DNA of 64,000 bases from Rhizaria sp. SCN 62-66 (lineage: Eukaryota), in assembly GCA_001724265.1 (NCBI GenBank), contig MEDY01000094.1:1-64000 (forward strand), read 5' to 3'. The notes under the pieces are model-generated. The model made no database searches and was not told where the DNA came from. It saw only the letters and a program-made list of their open reading frames with translations. The position numbers and the translations under genes are program-made. Within the stretch, counting starts at the first letter, position 1. Each line of letters opens with the position of its first letter. Of this stretch, positions 11,125 to 22,700 are shown in pieces.

Positions 11125-12846
11125 TTAATGGTAACGGTCGTTGGCCATCGCGCCGCGGCGCGCAGCCTTGGTGACGGTGATACCGTCGTCGCGGCGGTGC
11201 TTCTTGAGGATGTCGCTATGAGAGCCCTCGGCGCCGCCGAAAAGACCGCTGACGAGCTTGGCGTCGTAGGTGCCCTTGACGTAGTTGTAGTGGCCGCCGA
11301 GCACGTTCTTGGTCGACGAGTTGATGGTGGAGCCCGACGACGTGGACGTGGACGAAGTCTTCGAGTCCTTGAACACGGTCTCGCGCGTCCAGATAGGCTT
11401 GCCGTTGTCGTCGCGCGACTCGACCCAGCCCTCGCCGACGGGGCGACCGTTGACGTCGAGGTCGGGGTACTCCTGGTCCTTCTTGTTGGGGCGACGAGTC
11501 GTCTCGCGGGGCACGAGAGGGCCCTTGCTGATGTTGGACTTGGCCGTGGCCGCGGCCGTCTTCTTCTTGCCCTTGAAGAGCGCGCCGACGCCGCCCTTGC
11601 CGAAGATGTCGGAGAAGCGGGCCATGTTGCCAGTGGTCGAAGGGCGGGTGGGCAGCGTGCTGCCGTAGAAGAAGGGCGACGGGTACGGGCCGGCGTTGTA
11701 GACGAGGCCGTTGGGGCCGACATACGCCTGAGGACCGTTGCGGCCAGAGTGGCGAGGCAGGATGACACCGCCAGAAGTGTAGGCGGTACCGTCCTTGGCA
11801 ACGTAGATACCGGCGCCCTGGGGAGCACCGGTGTACTGCGCGAGCGGGGTGACGCCGCCCTGAACGGAGCCGACGACAACCTGCTTGCCGTCCTTGGTGA
11901 CGACAACCATGCTCTTGGGGAGGGAGCCGGACTCGCGGAAGCCACCGGCCTGGTCACGGAGCTGCTTGATGTAACCGAGGAGCTTGTCCTGGGTCATGCC
12001 GAGCTGGTTGTGGAGGAACTTGATGTTCATCCACTGCTGGCCCTGGAAGATGGCCATCTTGTTGTGCTGCGTGGTCTGGAAGATGAGCTCACGGTTGGCG
12101 AACGTGTTGTTGAGCCACTTGGACACGGCATCGAGGCCGGTGTTGATCTTGTTGCCGATACCGTCGACACCGTCCTGGACACGCTTGGTGAGGGCATCCG
12201 TGTTGGTCTTGACCTGGTTGTTGAGATCGTTGTACTTCTTGCCGATGTTGCCGGCAATCTCGGAGATCTTGTCACCGATCTTGCCACCGAGGCTGGCACC
12301 CCACTCCTGGGCCTTGGCAACAGCGTTACCAACCCAGTTGGAGACCTTCTCACGGACGGTGTTGATACCGTCCTGGATCTTGCCGACGAAGTTCTTGATA
12401 CCGGTGCCGACCTTGTCGACGGTGCTCTTGACCTTGCTGACGATGTTGTCGAAGAAACCGTTGGCACGGGAGCGCACGCGGACTTGAGAGTTGGCCGTAG
12501 AGCGGGCGGTCGCCTGGCCCTCGATAAGAGAGACGGGGGTGGGGAGCACGGTGGACTTCATGTTGCCAAGGGTGTTGACGTACATGTGCTTGTTCGCATC
12601 ACTGATGTACATCGCCTCCTCGTTGGCCTCATTAGCGAGGTCCTTCTGCTCAGCAGCGCTCATGACGTACGAGTCGGTCGAGGCGAGCACCTGGTTCGAG
12701 ACGTAGGTCGCCTCGGCCCAGTTGGACGCCTCCGCACCACTGCTTACGTCCAGAGCGGAGAGCCCGGCTTCAGCCTGGCCCTGGGTGACGAAACACCCAA
12801 GGGCAACAAGCATGAAGGCAAGGGTTAGAGCAACCCTTGACGCCAT
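11125..12846 (-). CDS. Secreted hypothetical protein with signal peptide and an amphipathic helical repeat block
   Basis: ATG 12846 is directly preceded by a pyrimidine tract plus CAG. Signal-like MASRVALTLAFMLVALGCFVTQGQA. Strong C/G-ending codon bias. Ends TAA. Confidence 0.8.
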   Translation of the reverse strand: MASRVALTLAFMLVALGCFVTQGQAEAGLSALDVSSGAEASNWAEATYVSNQVLASTDSYVMSAAEQKDLANEANEEAMYISDANKHMYVNTLGNMKSTVLPTPVSLIEGQATARSTANSQVRVRSRANGFFDNIVSKVKSTVDKVGTGIKNFVGKIQDGINTVREKVSNWVGNAVAKAQEWGASLGGKIGDKISEIAGNIGKKYNDLNNQVKTNTDALTKRVQDGVDGIGNKINTGLDAVSKWLNNTFANRELIFQTTQHNKMAIFQGQQWMNIKFLHNQLGMTQDKLLGYIKQLRDQAGGFRESGSLPKSMVVVTKDGKQVVVGSVQGGVTPLAQYTGAPQGAGIYVAKDGTAYTSGGVILPRHSGRNGPQAYVGPNGLVYNAGPYPSPFFYGSTLPTRPSTTGNMARFSDIFGKGGVGALFKGKKKTAAATAKSNISKGPLVPRETTRRPNKKDQEYPDLDVNGRPVGEGWVESRDDNGKPIWTRETVFKDSKTSSTSTSSGSTINSSTKNVLGGHYNYVKGTYDAKLVSGLFGGAEGSHSDILKKHRRDDGITVTKAARRGAMANDRYH

Positions 12847-13535
12847 CTGCGCGCGAAGCAAAGCCAGAGAGAAAGTGGGAGGAAAGGCAGAGGAGCAAGG
12901 TGGGGCAAAGGGCAAGGAGGGGAAGAGAGCAGGTCGTAAGGGGTGAGCAAGATGCAACAAAGAAACCTAGATAGAACCAATCGATGTGATAGACGCGGAA
13001 GAAATAAGACAGTGAATGACAGCGCAAAGGACGGCGGCGCTGGCCCATGGCAGATGAAATCAATGCGACTCGATGGACAGTGGGCCCAAGCGGGTCCTCC
13101 CCCTCACAAGCAAGCAAAACACTGCCCTAGGAAACACGTAGCGAGACAGCAGTGATTCACAGAGATATAAAAGAACGCAAATAATACTACATGCCGCACA
13201 CTAGATCTCCAGAGCCACAGGAATGCCAGGAAAAGGCTGCTCAACAATCCCAGTCACCCCCCTTTGAGAGAGGGACGCGACTTAACTTTCCTTTGATAAG
13301 TGCTCACGGTCACCTGCCAGTCTCAGCCAGTCTTAGCCCACGACCAACTCGAAGATGCCACAGAGGATTATGAAAAAACGTCTGCATTGATCACATGCAT
13401 TATGGAATTTCAAATAATATCAACTTTGCTTAGTCTCCGGCTTGCTTGTATTTTGTGCATTATTTATTAATTCTTTTGACGACCAGGATTTAGCATAGTC
13501 AGTTGGTTTTTTGAAGGTTGACCGAGAGTAGATAT

Positions 13536-16500
13536 ATGAGTCAGACCCCCCCTCAGTCAAAGGGCTTGTGCGTCATGTCTCGGTCACTCAATGTGGGTAT
13601 GGCCGCGCTGGCCGCAGTATCTGCCACTTTACTGTGGCTGGCGTACTTGAACGCGTCCAGTTTGGCTCCCAACGAATGCGCTATGACGTACTTTGACGGC
13701 TCTCTGCACTCTCTCCCCAAGGCGCCCTTGCACCCACAGTACTCGCTGCAGGAGTTCAAGCTGAGCTCAGCGGCCTCTAGCGCAGACAACGTTATATCTC
13801 CACTCTCTATTGCGGCACTTTCTACCCCAATTCGCGAAGAGTACGTCGTGTTCGTGCCAGGCAACGGCGGACACGCCTTTCAGTCACGCTCACTCGCCAC
13901 TCGCATCTTGCATCTCCAGCGTGACCTGGCCACCTCCACGCACACTGCGCGCTCGCTTAAGTCCTCGGACGCCGACATTGAGCTTATCCGCACGTACCTG
14001 ACGAACGGACTTGCCCCTCATCTCTCTATCGCCGCGCAGGCCGACGGAAACGCGGGTAATACCACCTCAGTCGCGCGTGCTGACGCAGCAGACGTACCTC
14101 GTCTTCTGCCTGCTACGGTCACAATCCCCAGTCGCGTACACATCCGCGTCTTTGCGCTGCATTTTCGAGAGGAGCTGACTGCGTTATCGTCCCGCAAAGC
14201 GCTCGAACAAGCCCACTACACGGCGCAGTGTCTGCAGTATCTCACCACTCTGGCAGAAAAAAACAGCGTGGGCATCTCTGTCGTGGGGCACTCGATGGGC
14301 GGCGTTGTCGCGCTAACCGCTGCCAGTCTCCTCGACAACAGCACCAGCAGTATGAGCGCCTTGGAGAATGCCCCCTCGAGCTCTCTGTTTGCGCCGCTGC
14401 ACACTATTGTGACCGTGGGCGCCCCCACCGCGGCCCCTGTTGCGGGCGTCGACCCCGACGCGGCCGCTCTCTACGCCGATGCGCTCGCCGCAGTGCCGCG
14501 GCGCGCGTTTCTCGCCATTGCTGGCGGCGAGCGCGACCTGCAGTCGCCTCCGGAGCTCTCGCTGACTCCGGCTGCCACTGCTGCTGCCGCTGCTGCTGCT
14601 GCTGCTGCGACGACCGGTGCAAGGCTGTCGATATTCGCGTCCCCGGGCCCCACACTCGCCTCCGCGTCGGCGTCGGCATCGTCGCAGTGGCCCGCGGCCG
14701 CCGCGCCCGTTGACCACCAGTGTCTCGCGTGGTGCGCGCAGGTCACCGCTCCGCTGGCCGCCGTGCTTGTGCGCCGTGCAGTCCTCACAACAGCCACCGA
14801 GGGCGGCTCAACCGGGAGGGAGCCGTTGGTGCGGTCTGCGGCGGCGATGGCTGTCACTGGCGCGGCCGACGCCGTCTCTACCACAACCTCTGCTGCTGCT
14901 GCTGTGTTTCCTGTTGCTGCTGCTGCTGCGCCTGAGGCTGCTTCTCAGTCTCAGTCCCTGCGCTCAGTCGCTGACGTTGTCGCGGGGGCAGCCCGCGCCA
15001 TGTCGACCGCGGCGAAGACTGTTGTTCTCATTCCAGAACTCTCGCCAGCAACTCTCAAGTCATCCGCGCTGCTGAGCTCTGACGGTGGGAAAGCCGTCGG
15101 ACTGCATGCAGTGGCCCTGGGCCAGCTCCCAGCAACGAAGACTGTCGCTATGACCGTAGTTTCATCGGTGGTGGCGACTGGGCTCCGTCTCTGTCGCACT
15201 CAAAAGACTCAAGCCGCCGCCACTGCGAGTGATCAGCCTCTGAGCAAGGTCTGCCGTGTTGTGCCGACAACTGTGGCGTCTCTTCCCGCGGCGCGCGTGC
15301 CTCTCGGGATTGTGGGATGGGACAACACAGAGCTTTCTCCTGCTCGCGCGCTCACTGATGCCGACAACAACGCCAGCGGCCGCTACGCCGACGCCGAAGC
15401 AGCTGCAAGTACGACTATTCTTGTTGCGAGCTCTGCAGACGTTGCAACAACGCTGACCGCGCTCAATAATCACGCGAAGGTCTGTGCTGGCTGCAAGGAC
15501 ACTCTCGAGCTCGTGTTGCCCTCTGTCTCCATGTCACTGCTATCTCGTTCGCTTACGAATGCTGAGAGTGTTGCGCGGATTCTTGATCCGCAGCAAAACA
15601 GCTTTGTCGCGCTTGCTGAAAGGTTTGGTGTAACGTCAGACAAAATGCAACACAGCCAGCATATTTGGGCACTGCTATCAGAGCCTCTCAACAATAGTAT
15701 TGCGCTACGTGGTCCCATATTGCGCGCATCAGCTGCGAGCGTGGGCATTGACGCCGTGCTTGTCCGCCGTCGCCGCGGGCACCGCGCCTTGGGGTCAGAC
15801 GGCCTTGAACGGCGTGTGCTGCCTGAAGTCGCAGCGTCGGGACTCGCGGCCACGCTGCGGCTGCAGGGGTTGCCCGTGCCTGTCTCCGCGCTGACCGCAC
15901 TCGAGCCGGTTGACATTGCTCCGGCTCGCAATAACAGCGATTTTGTACGCGGGCACAGTTAGGGGCTCGCGTTTGCCTGGGACGGTCTTTCGCCTGCGTG
16001 GCATTCTCGTGAATACGCCGCACGCTCCGGCAATGGTCGCTCTAGCTCCAGGTTTCCTGTCATTCTTAGCGCGTTTACGCCCGCCAGCGGCTCAGTGGCT
16101 CCTGCGCCCTGGTCCTCAGTGCCCGTGCCCGCGCCTGTGCTGCTGGCGTGCTCGCTGCCGGCCGACTACAAGCACAACGCCACGTCCCCCGCCATGATGG
16201 TGCGGCTGCAGTGCCCGCTGGCGCAGCAGCCGCGCTGGGCGTTGTCGGCGCGCGACATGTCAACCTACGGCGCGGACCATGTGATTCGGGCCGAGCACGC
16301 GCTGCGCAGCAAGGCCGAGGTCGCGGTCTCCCCGCTACACACCCGCCACGCCGCCGGCGCCGCGTTGGAGCGCGCGGCCGGCAGCGGCAACTATTACACT
16401 GCGCTGACGTGGGAGCAGTCGAAGATGGGCGACGCCGTTGATCTCGCCACGATGCCGCGAAGTTACGTGGCGTTCAGCCAGAGTAAGACCACGGGGGTCA

Positions 16501-18755
16501 CCGCGCTGCTGCCGTCACCGCGCGCGCGGCGCGTTGCCGTGCCGCCCGCAGTGCCTCTTGCTGCGTCTGTTGCGTCGGCGAGTCGCGCACTTATCACGGG
16601 TGATAACTGCGCCACCCCGGCTGCGTTCCGTGTGACACATGTTACTTTGGAGCGTGATAACAACGGTGATGACAACGCTCGTGACGCTGAAGAGGTTGTG
16701 GCTGTCCCGCTGCCGTTGACGACTCTCGGAAAGTTTCTCTGGGCTGGCCTCCCCGCTCTGCTGCCGATGACTTTGCTCTGCAGCTTCATCCTTGCCTTTT
16801 TTGCGCTGCGCAATTCTGGCCACAAGCCCTTCAAACTTTGCAATGACCGCAATGCTTGCCGGAAGAGTCGCGCCACATGTTTGCTGCGCAGTATGTTTTT
16901 TGTAATCATGCTGGTTACTGTTGCATTCTGTGTTACTTTCGCGTTTTGCATTGAGCGACCAGAATATAACCAGTTTAATCTCGCAAAAAGGCTTCAGTCC
17001 TCTGTGGTTGACGAGTACTGGGGCTGGTCTCCGTCTCTCCGTGTCGCGAATGCTGGCTTTAGCGCGAACGAGCCCAATAACGAGTGGAGGCCTTTCATGT
17101 ACTTCACCGATAGTGGCGCGCTTGCGACAGATCTGACAAACTGTGTCATGACTGCCAACAATGCCCAATCATGCACCCGACGCGGTGGTGTAATGCTGTC
17201 GGTGTATGTGCTTATTGCTCGCATTGTTCACAATTACACCGCGCAGATTGGGTACATTTTGTTATTGTCCACTGCGATCGCGATTGCGCACGCTATTCAC
17301 ATGATAGCCCTGCCTGTGATCGCTGCGATTGGTTTCCTGCTGCTGCTTATCCCGCGGATCTTGCTTACCTCTGTCATGCACAAACTTCAAGGGGTACGCT
17401 CGCTTATGCGTGTGTGTGCATGGGGAGCTAGGGCTGTTGTTGCTATGCTTGGTGTGTTTGTTACTGTGTACAGTGGGTACACTGCCTTTCTCTGTATTGT
17501 CTTGTCTCTGCAAACCAACGCTGATTTTCTGCCCCTGCGTGCGCTGGTACCGCTCACTACGTTGTTCCCCGCTGCTAGCACGTTCATCAACCAAGCCTTC
17601 ATGCATGCGTTTGACGCTGTCCGCAGTCTTTTGCAAAACCATCTAAACATTGACTTTAATCATGCTGTACCGCTGCGTCTTCCTCGTATTCCCATTGTTC
17701 CCGTTTCGCAACTCACGGATATTTCAATTGTAATGTTGCTTTTCGCGGCGTTTGCGGTCTCGATGTTAGCTCTGTTTGCTCTTAGCAACCTTCGTCGCGC
17801 TTACACTGCGCCTGGCACGGGTTTGTCAAATCGCGCGCTTTCTTTGATTGATGCACGTCAGCGTCGGGTAACCCGTTTTTGGGCTTTGATTACGCTTGTT
17901 GTTGTCGTATTGTGTCTGTTACCGAATGTTGTCGTTGTCACGCCACGCGCGAGTCGTGACGCTGTTGCGGGCTTACCTGCCGGATCACAGCAGCTGCTGC
18001 AGTCACCGCTTGTTGCCACGCTTGCTGCGGACGCCGGCGTTGGAGGTAACTCTATTATTGCAGAGCGCATCATCTCGCTGCCGCATGTGGTAATGCGGGC
18101 ATTAAATGAAGTCACTCGAGATTATGGAGACATTATTTTGTTGACAACGACATATGACTCCATGACGGGTCGCGCCATTGTTCGCTCTGAAGTATTTGCT
18201 GGTGTTGGGCTATTGGGCCTCCTTATAATTGCGACGCTCGTGTCACTGTATTTTGAGTTGAAACTCCTCAGCAACTACCTCTTGGCACACAACACAAGCA
18301 ATCCTAAAAGTGACGCACCTTCGCATTCATTCCATGACGACATCGAGTATGTGGCCGACGCTGTCATCAAGGGCAGTGATGCTACCACCAGGAGTAAATC
18401 GCCGTCTCTGAAGAAATTGTTCGTTATGCTACTCTTTTTCAGCACCTTTATCAAAACCGTTATGGACAATGCTTTTTATGCCCGTGCTGTTGCTGATACC
18501 TCGCATTGGACTCAGCTTAACATGACGCATCTTGACTTAGCAATGCTCGTGGTGCTGATTGAGATGTTTGTAAATCTCGCGTTGGAACTCATTGCGGCGT
18601 TGCTGCCCGTGACTTCACAAATTCATCACGTGACAGAACTAACAATAGTTGTCATGATTGGTTTGATGTCTTGCTTAACTGTCACTTGCCGCAGGGCACG
18701 AGTGACGGATGCGGCATTTCAGGCTCTAGAGAAGCAAAAGCGCATTGCTTCTTAA
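13536..18755 (+). CDS. PGAP1: GPI inositol-deacylase PGAP1/Bst1-like (~1739 aa with the in-frame TAG at 15960-15962 read through)
   Basis: N-terminal TM, NECAMTY, VFVPGNGG..QSRSLA, lipase nucleophile VVGHSMGG, IAGGERD, VDHQCLAWC. The downstream same-frame ORF 16095-18755 supplies the multi-TM C-terminus expected for PGAP1. Only one TAG separates the two ORFs. Ends TAA. Confidence 0.8.
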
Positions 18756-19743
18756 GTGCATTAAGCCGCCGCTCTTTGTTCCCTCCAACTCGACATAGTT
18801 TTTGTAAATTACCTACTTTACTTTAGTTGCCTCTTTTTTGTTTCGTATTTCATTGAGATAAAACGTAACTAGTCTTTTTTTATATTTAATACATGGACAT
18901 GTACAGTGTAATACGATAAACTGAATGTATGATAGAACGCGAATGTTAAAAACACATCACGATGCAACAATGCACTGTGGCGCATCGACTCTCGTTACGA
19001 CGCATTCACGGTAAACTCTTAAACTTCCTGCAAATATTCCGACTAACTTACGACGTCAGTACTATTGCACACACCTGTCTCGCACTAAAGACAACGTGAA
19101 GCTGTTGCAACATGACCCGACTCCAACTGCCTTGTCATATTGCACCACACCACAACAATGCACACGCGCAAATGCTTACTAACACTGGACCGCACACACT
19201 TGAGGAAGTGTGGAGTTGAGCACAAAGAAACACAGACACATGAAATACAACAAGAAACATATGATGAAAAACGAACTTGTGAAACTGATAATCCTAGACC
19301 GAGAAACAGTATATTCCTCGACCAGACAGTTTCACAAAAAGAATACAGAGCAGTCACTCAATCAGTCACACATAAATCAATTAGACGCAATTAGACGGTA
19401 AAGAAATACACAAAACAGAGTTTTCAAATTCGAAAATAACAAGAAGACATTTCGATCACACACTCAACGAAGTCCACGAATGAAGAAAAAAGAATGGCAT
19501 GCATTAGCCTCCAACCACGAGCTCGTTTTAAAGGAACTGACAACAAAAGCTCGAAATATACATGTAAAGTGACACCTCAACGTGTGCCACACCGATCTTA
19601 AACAAAAACAAACACATCTTTTTTTTAAAATGAATACAAAAACAGAACATAAAACAATTGTTGCGTCATCTGAGGAAATACCAGATAGTTAGCACACTGC
19701 TACAGTGACCAACACTGCATCAGTGGCTATGTCCTTCCCTCGC

Positions 19744-22700
19744 TTAGATGAGCACAACAGTCTCGCCCTGCACCATGGTCTTGACAATGATCTCGTTGCC
19801 GCGCTTAAACGTGACGACGAGCAGCTTCACGCGGTCAGGCAAGTGGCCCGGCAGCATGACGAGCTTGTTGTACCACTCGCGCTCACTGGCGTACCGGCTG
19901 GCAGCCTCGGACGACAGCACCGAAGCCACCGTCGCGGGCGGCGTGTTGACCACAGTGACCTTGCCCTTGTCCTTGTCGCCGGATGAGCGCGGACGGCGCA
20001 GCGTCTTGACCCAGCGCGACGGGCGGAAGGTGTCGACGGGGTACGTGGCGGCAGTCTCGCCGCTGTCGTTGTCAACGTCCTCCTCCTCGGACGAAGCAGC
20101 AGCCGCAGCAGCAGGTTGCTGACTCTTGCTCTTGGTAACAGAGGTCCTGTCGTCCTTGGTGGAGTTGGGAACGACGGTGTTGCCGCGCGGCGAGAGCGCG
20201 AGCTGCTCGGCGAGCGCGTACGTAACGTCGTACCATGCACCGCGCGTACCGTAGTGCGCCTGGATCACACGAGAGCTGCTCATGAGCGCACGCATACGCA
20301 GCGCGCAGAGCTTGGCGTCGGCGAGACTGCGCGCGGGGAAGTGGCGCTTGCTCAGGTCCGTGTCGGCACTGGAGCCAGTGCCCTTGCCTAGCATTGAGAG
20401 CACGACGCGGGTCTGCATCGGGCTCTTCTTGTTCTTACCGGGGACCTCCTGAGGGAAGACGTCAACCATGCGAGCGAGACGCACGTTGGCGCGCACAAAG
20501 CGCTTGGCGGCCTCATTGCTAGAAGAGCCACTGCCCTCGCGCGCGAGCATGCGAGCCGCGGCGCGGGCGTGGACAACAAGAACACGCACGTCGGTGACGA
20601 CGACCAGGAGGTCGGAGTCACTCATCTCGTTCTCGTCGTTGGCCGCCTTATCGGAAACATCAGAGGTAGTGCGGAGCGGGAAAGCAAGCAGAACACGCTC
20701 GCGCTCCATCTTGGCCCTGTAGCGACGCATCTTCGTCAGCAGGTCCTTCTTCTTCTTGCCCAGAGTCTTGTCGGCCTCGGTGCCAGTGGCCGAAGTAATC
20801 TCGAGCTCAAGCGCGCGCAGAGTCGCCGCGAGATCATCGTTGTCTCCGTCCTCGAGCGCCTTGACGGTCGTCTCGCTGATACCGAGGTTCTCGGTGATGC
20901 CGAGGCCGAGCGAGCGCGTGAGGCCAGTGACCTCGTACGCGTCGACGACGTCGCACTCGTCCTCTTCCGGGGGCGGGACCTGGTGGATGACGTACTGCGC
21001 CAGCGCGTCGCGCTCCTGGAACACAGTCAGCGCGCCGTTGTTGGCGATGAAACGAGGGAGACGGCGCCGTGTGCGCACGATCTCATCCTCGCCCAGCGCG
21101 CCCAGCAGACTGAACGTGGCACCAACACCCTTGAGCGTCGTGGTCACCATGTCGACCGCGCCGGACGCGGTCTTGGTCACCACGCCAGTCAGGCCCTTAC
21201 CGAGGCCCTTGAAGAAGCCGCCGACGCCGCCCTGACGCGCGCCCTTGAGCGGGTCCGCCACGATGCCCTTAAGACCGGAGAAGATACCATGTCCGAGCGA
21301 CTTAGCACCCTCAAGCAGACCGTCGCCGGCGTGCTTCACCTGCTTGCGGCCGCGCGCGCGGCGCTTAGCCTGGAACTCGGCGTCCATGGTCAGCGCGGCA
21401 ACGCCGGAGCCTGCGGAGCCGGTGATCTTGGCCGCGGCACCGAACACGCCCGTGGTGACGGACGTGATGAGAGACGCGGAGCCCTTGGCGATACCGGTAC
21501 CGAAATCCTTGGGCGACGACACGAGACCCTGAGCGGGAGCGTAGAAGAAGTCCTTGACACCCGCACCAACGCCTGAGACGAGGGACACGGGGTTACCGAG
21601 GAACTCGACGGAGCCGAGGATCTTGTAACCCTGGCCGATACCCTGCGTCACGTAGAACTGCACGATGGGCTGGAGCAGCGTCGCGACGTCGCCGTACGCG
21701 TCCTGCACGATGAGCGAGTTGAGGCACACCGGCGCAGCGTCGATGCTGCCAAGCACGCCGGACGCGGCGTTGAACACGGCCTGGATCGGATTGAAGGCCA
21801 TGGCCTCGCTACCAACACGGAGGTCGGGGTTGGCGCGGAACGTGAGGTACAGCTGCAGCGGCTGGATGTGAAGCAGCGAGAAGTAGAACTGTGCCGCGCT
21901 GCTGTGGCCCTCGGCGTGGTACATGTTGCGCTTGTCCAGCAGCATGTACTGCGTCGGGTCGGGCTCTGACACGAGGCGGGGCAAGATGTCGTTGACGACG
22001 GACAGAAGCTGCCAGATAAGAGATTCGTCGATCGTCACCTCAATCTCCTGCACCAGCACGGTCGCGTACTTGAAGACCTGAACGGGGTAGTCGGCTGCGG
22101 TCTTGGTGCGGCTGAGGCCGATGTGAATGAACGGCTTGCCCGACGCAATGGCGTCCTCGGAAGGACCGAAGACGATGGCCTCGGCGTCCGGGCCCGCGGT
22201 GACGATGCTGCTCTGGTGGTCAACCTGCATCGCCTGCACCGAAAGCTCAATCGCGCTGGTGGCGATTGAGTCAGTCAGCGAGACCACTACGCCCTCGATG
22301 GAAATGTAGAGCACTTCGCTCGCGCCACCACCGCCGGCATTGGCGCTGTCAACGAGGGACAGACCGACATGGTCGACGGCGAGTCGCACCTCCATCGACT
22401 CGCGGTCGATCAGGGGCTTCGCCATGGTGAGCTGGCACGTCGCCAGGACGCGCACCGGTGCCACAGGCAAGGCGAGCGCAGCCGCAGCAGAGACAGCAGC
22501 GTCAGCCTTAGCCTTGGTCGCAGCAAGAGCCGCCTCGAGCTGCGTGCTCTCGGCAGGGAGCATAGACGAAGACATCAACGACGACATCGAGATCGCGCTC
22601 GGCGCGCCTTCGCTGACGCGTCGTAGGTTCTGTGCGTTGGCCTTCTGCAGCGCGAGCGACGCCTGGACGCCCTCAAGGCCGGTGTGGAGACGCAGCGAGC

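Noticed and set aside
11128-12828. 566-aa plus-strand ORF antisense to the secreted protein, and many long antisense ORFs across VPS13 (e.g. 23959-26370, 26917-29601, 35914-37977)
   Set aside because: Shadow ORFs caused by strong C/G-ending codon bias on the real strand; no recognisable motifs.
16095-18755. Independent 886-aa membrane protein gene
   Set aside because: Same frame as PGAP1 with no intergenic gap or AT-rich promoter; better explained as the PGAP1 C-terminal half.
18760-19740. Short ORFs in AT-rich intergenic DNA (also 42126-42526, 54690-55007, 57512-57757)
   Set aside because: Lack the genome's coding codon bias; most likely 3' UTRs between convergent genes.
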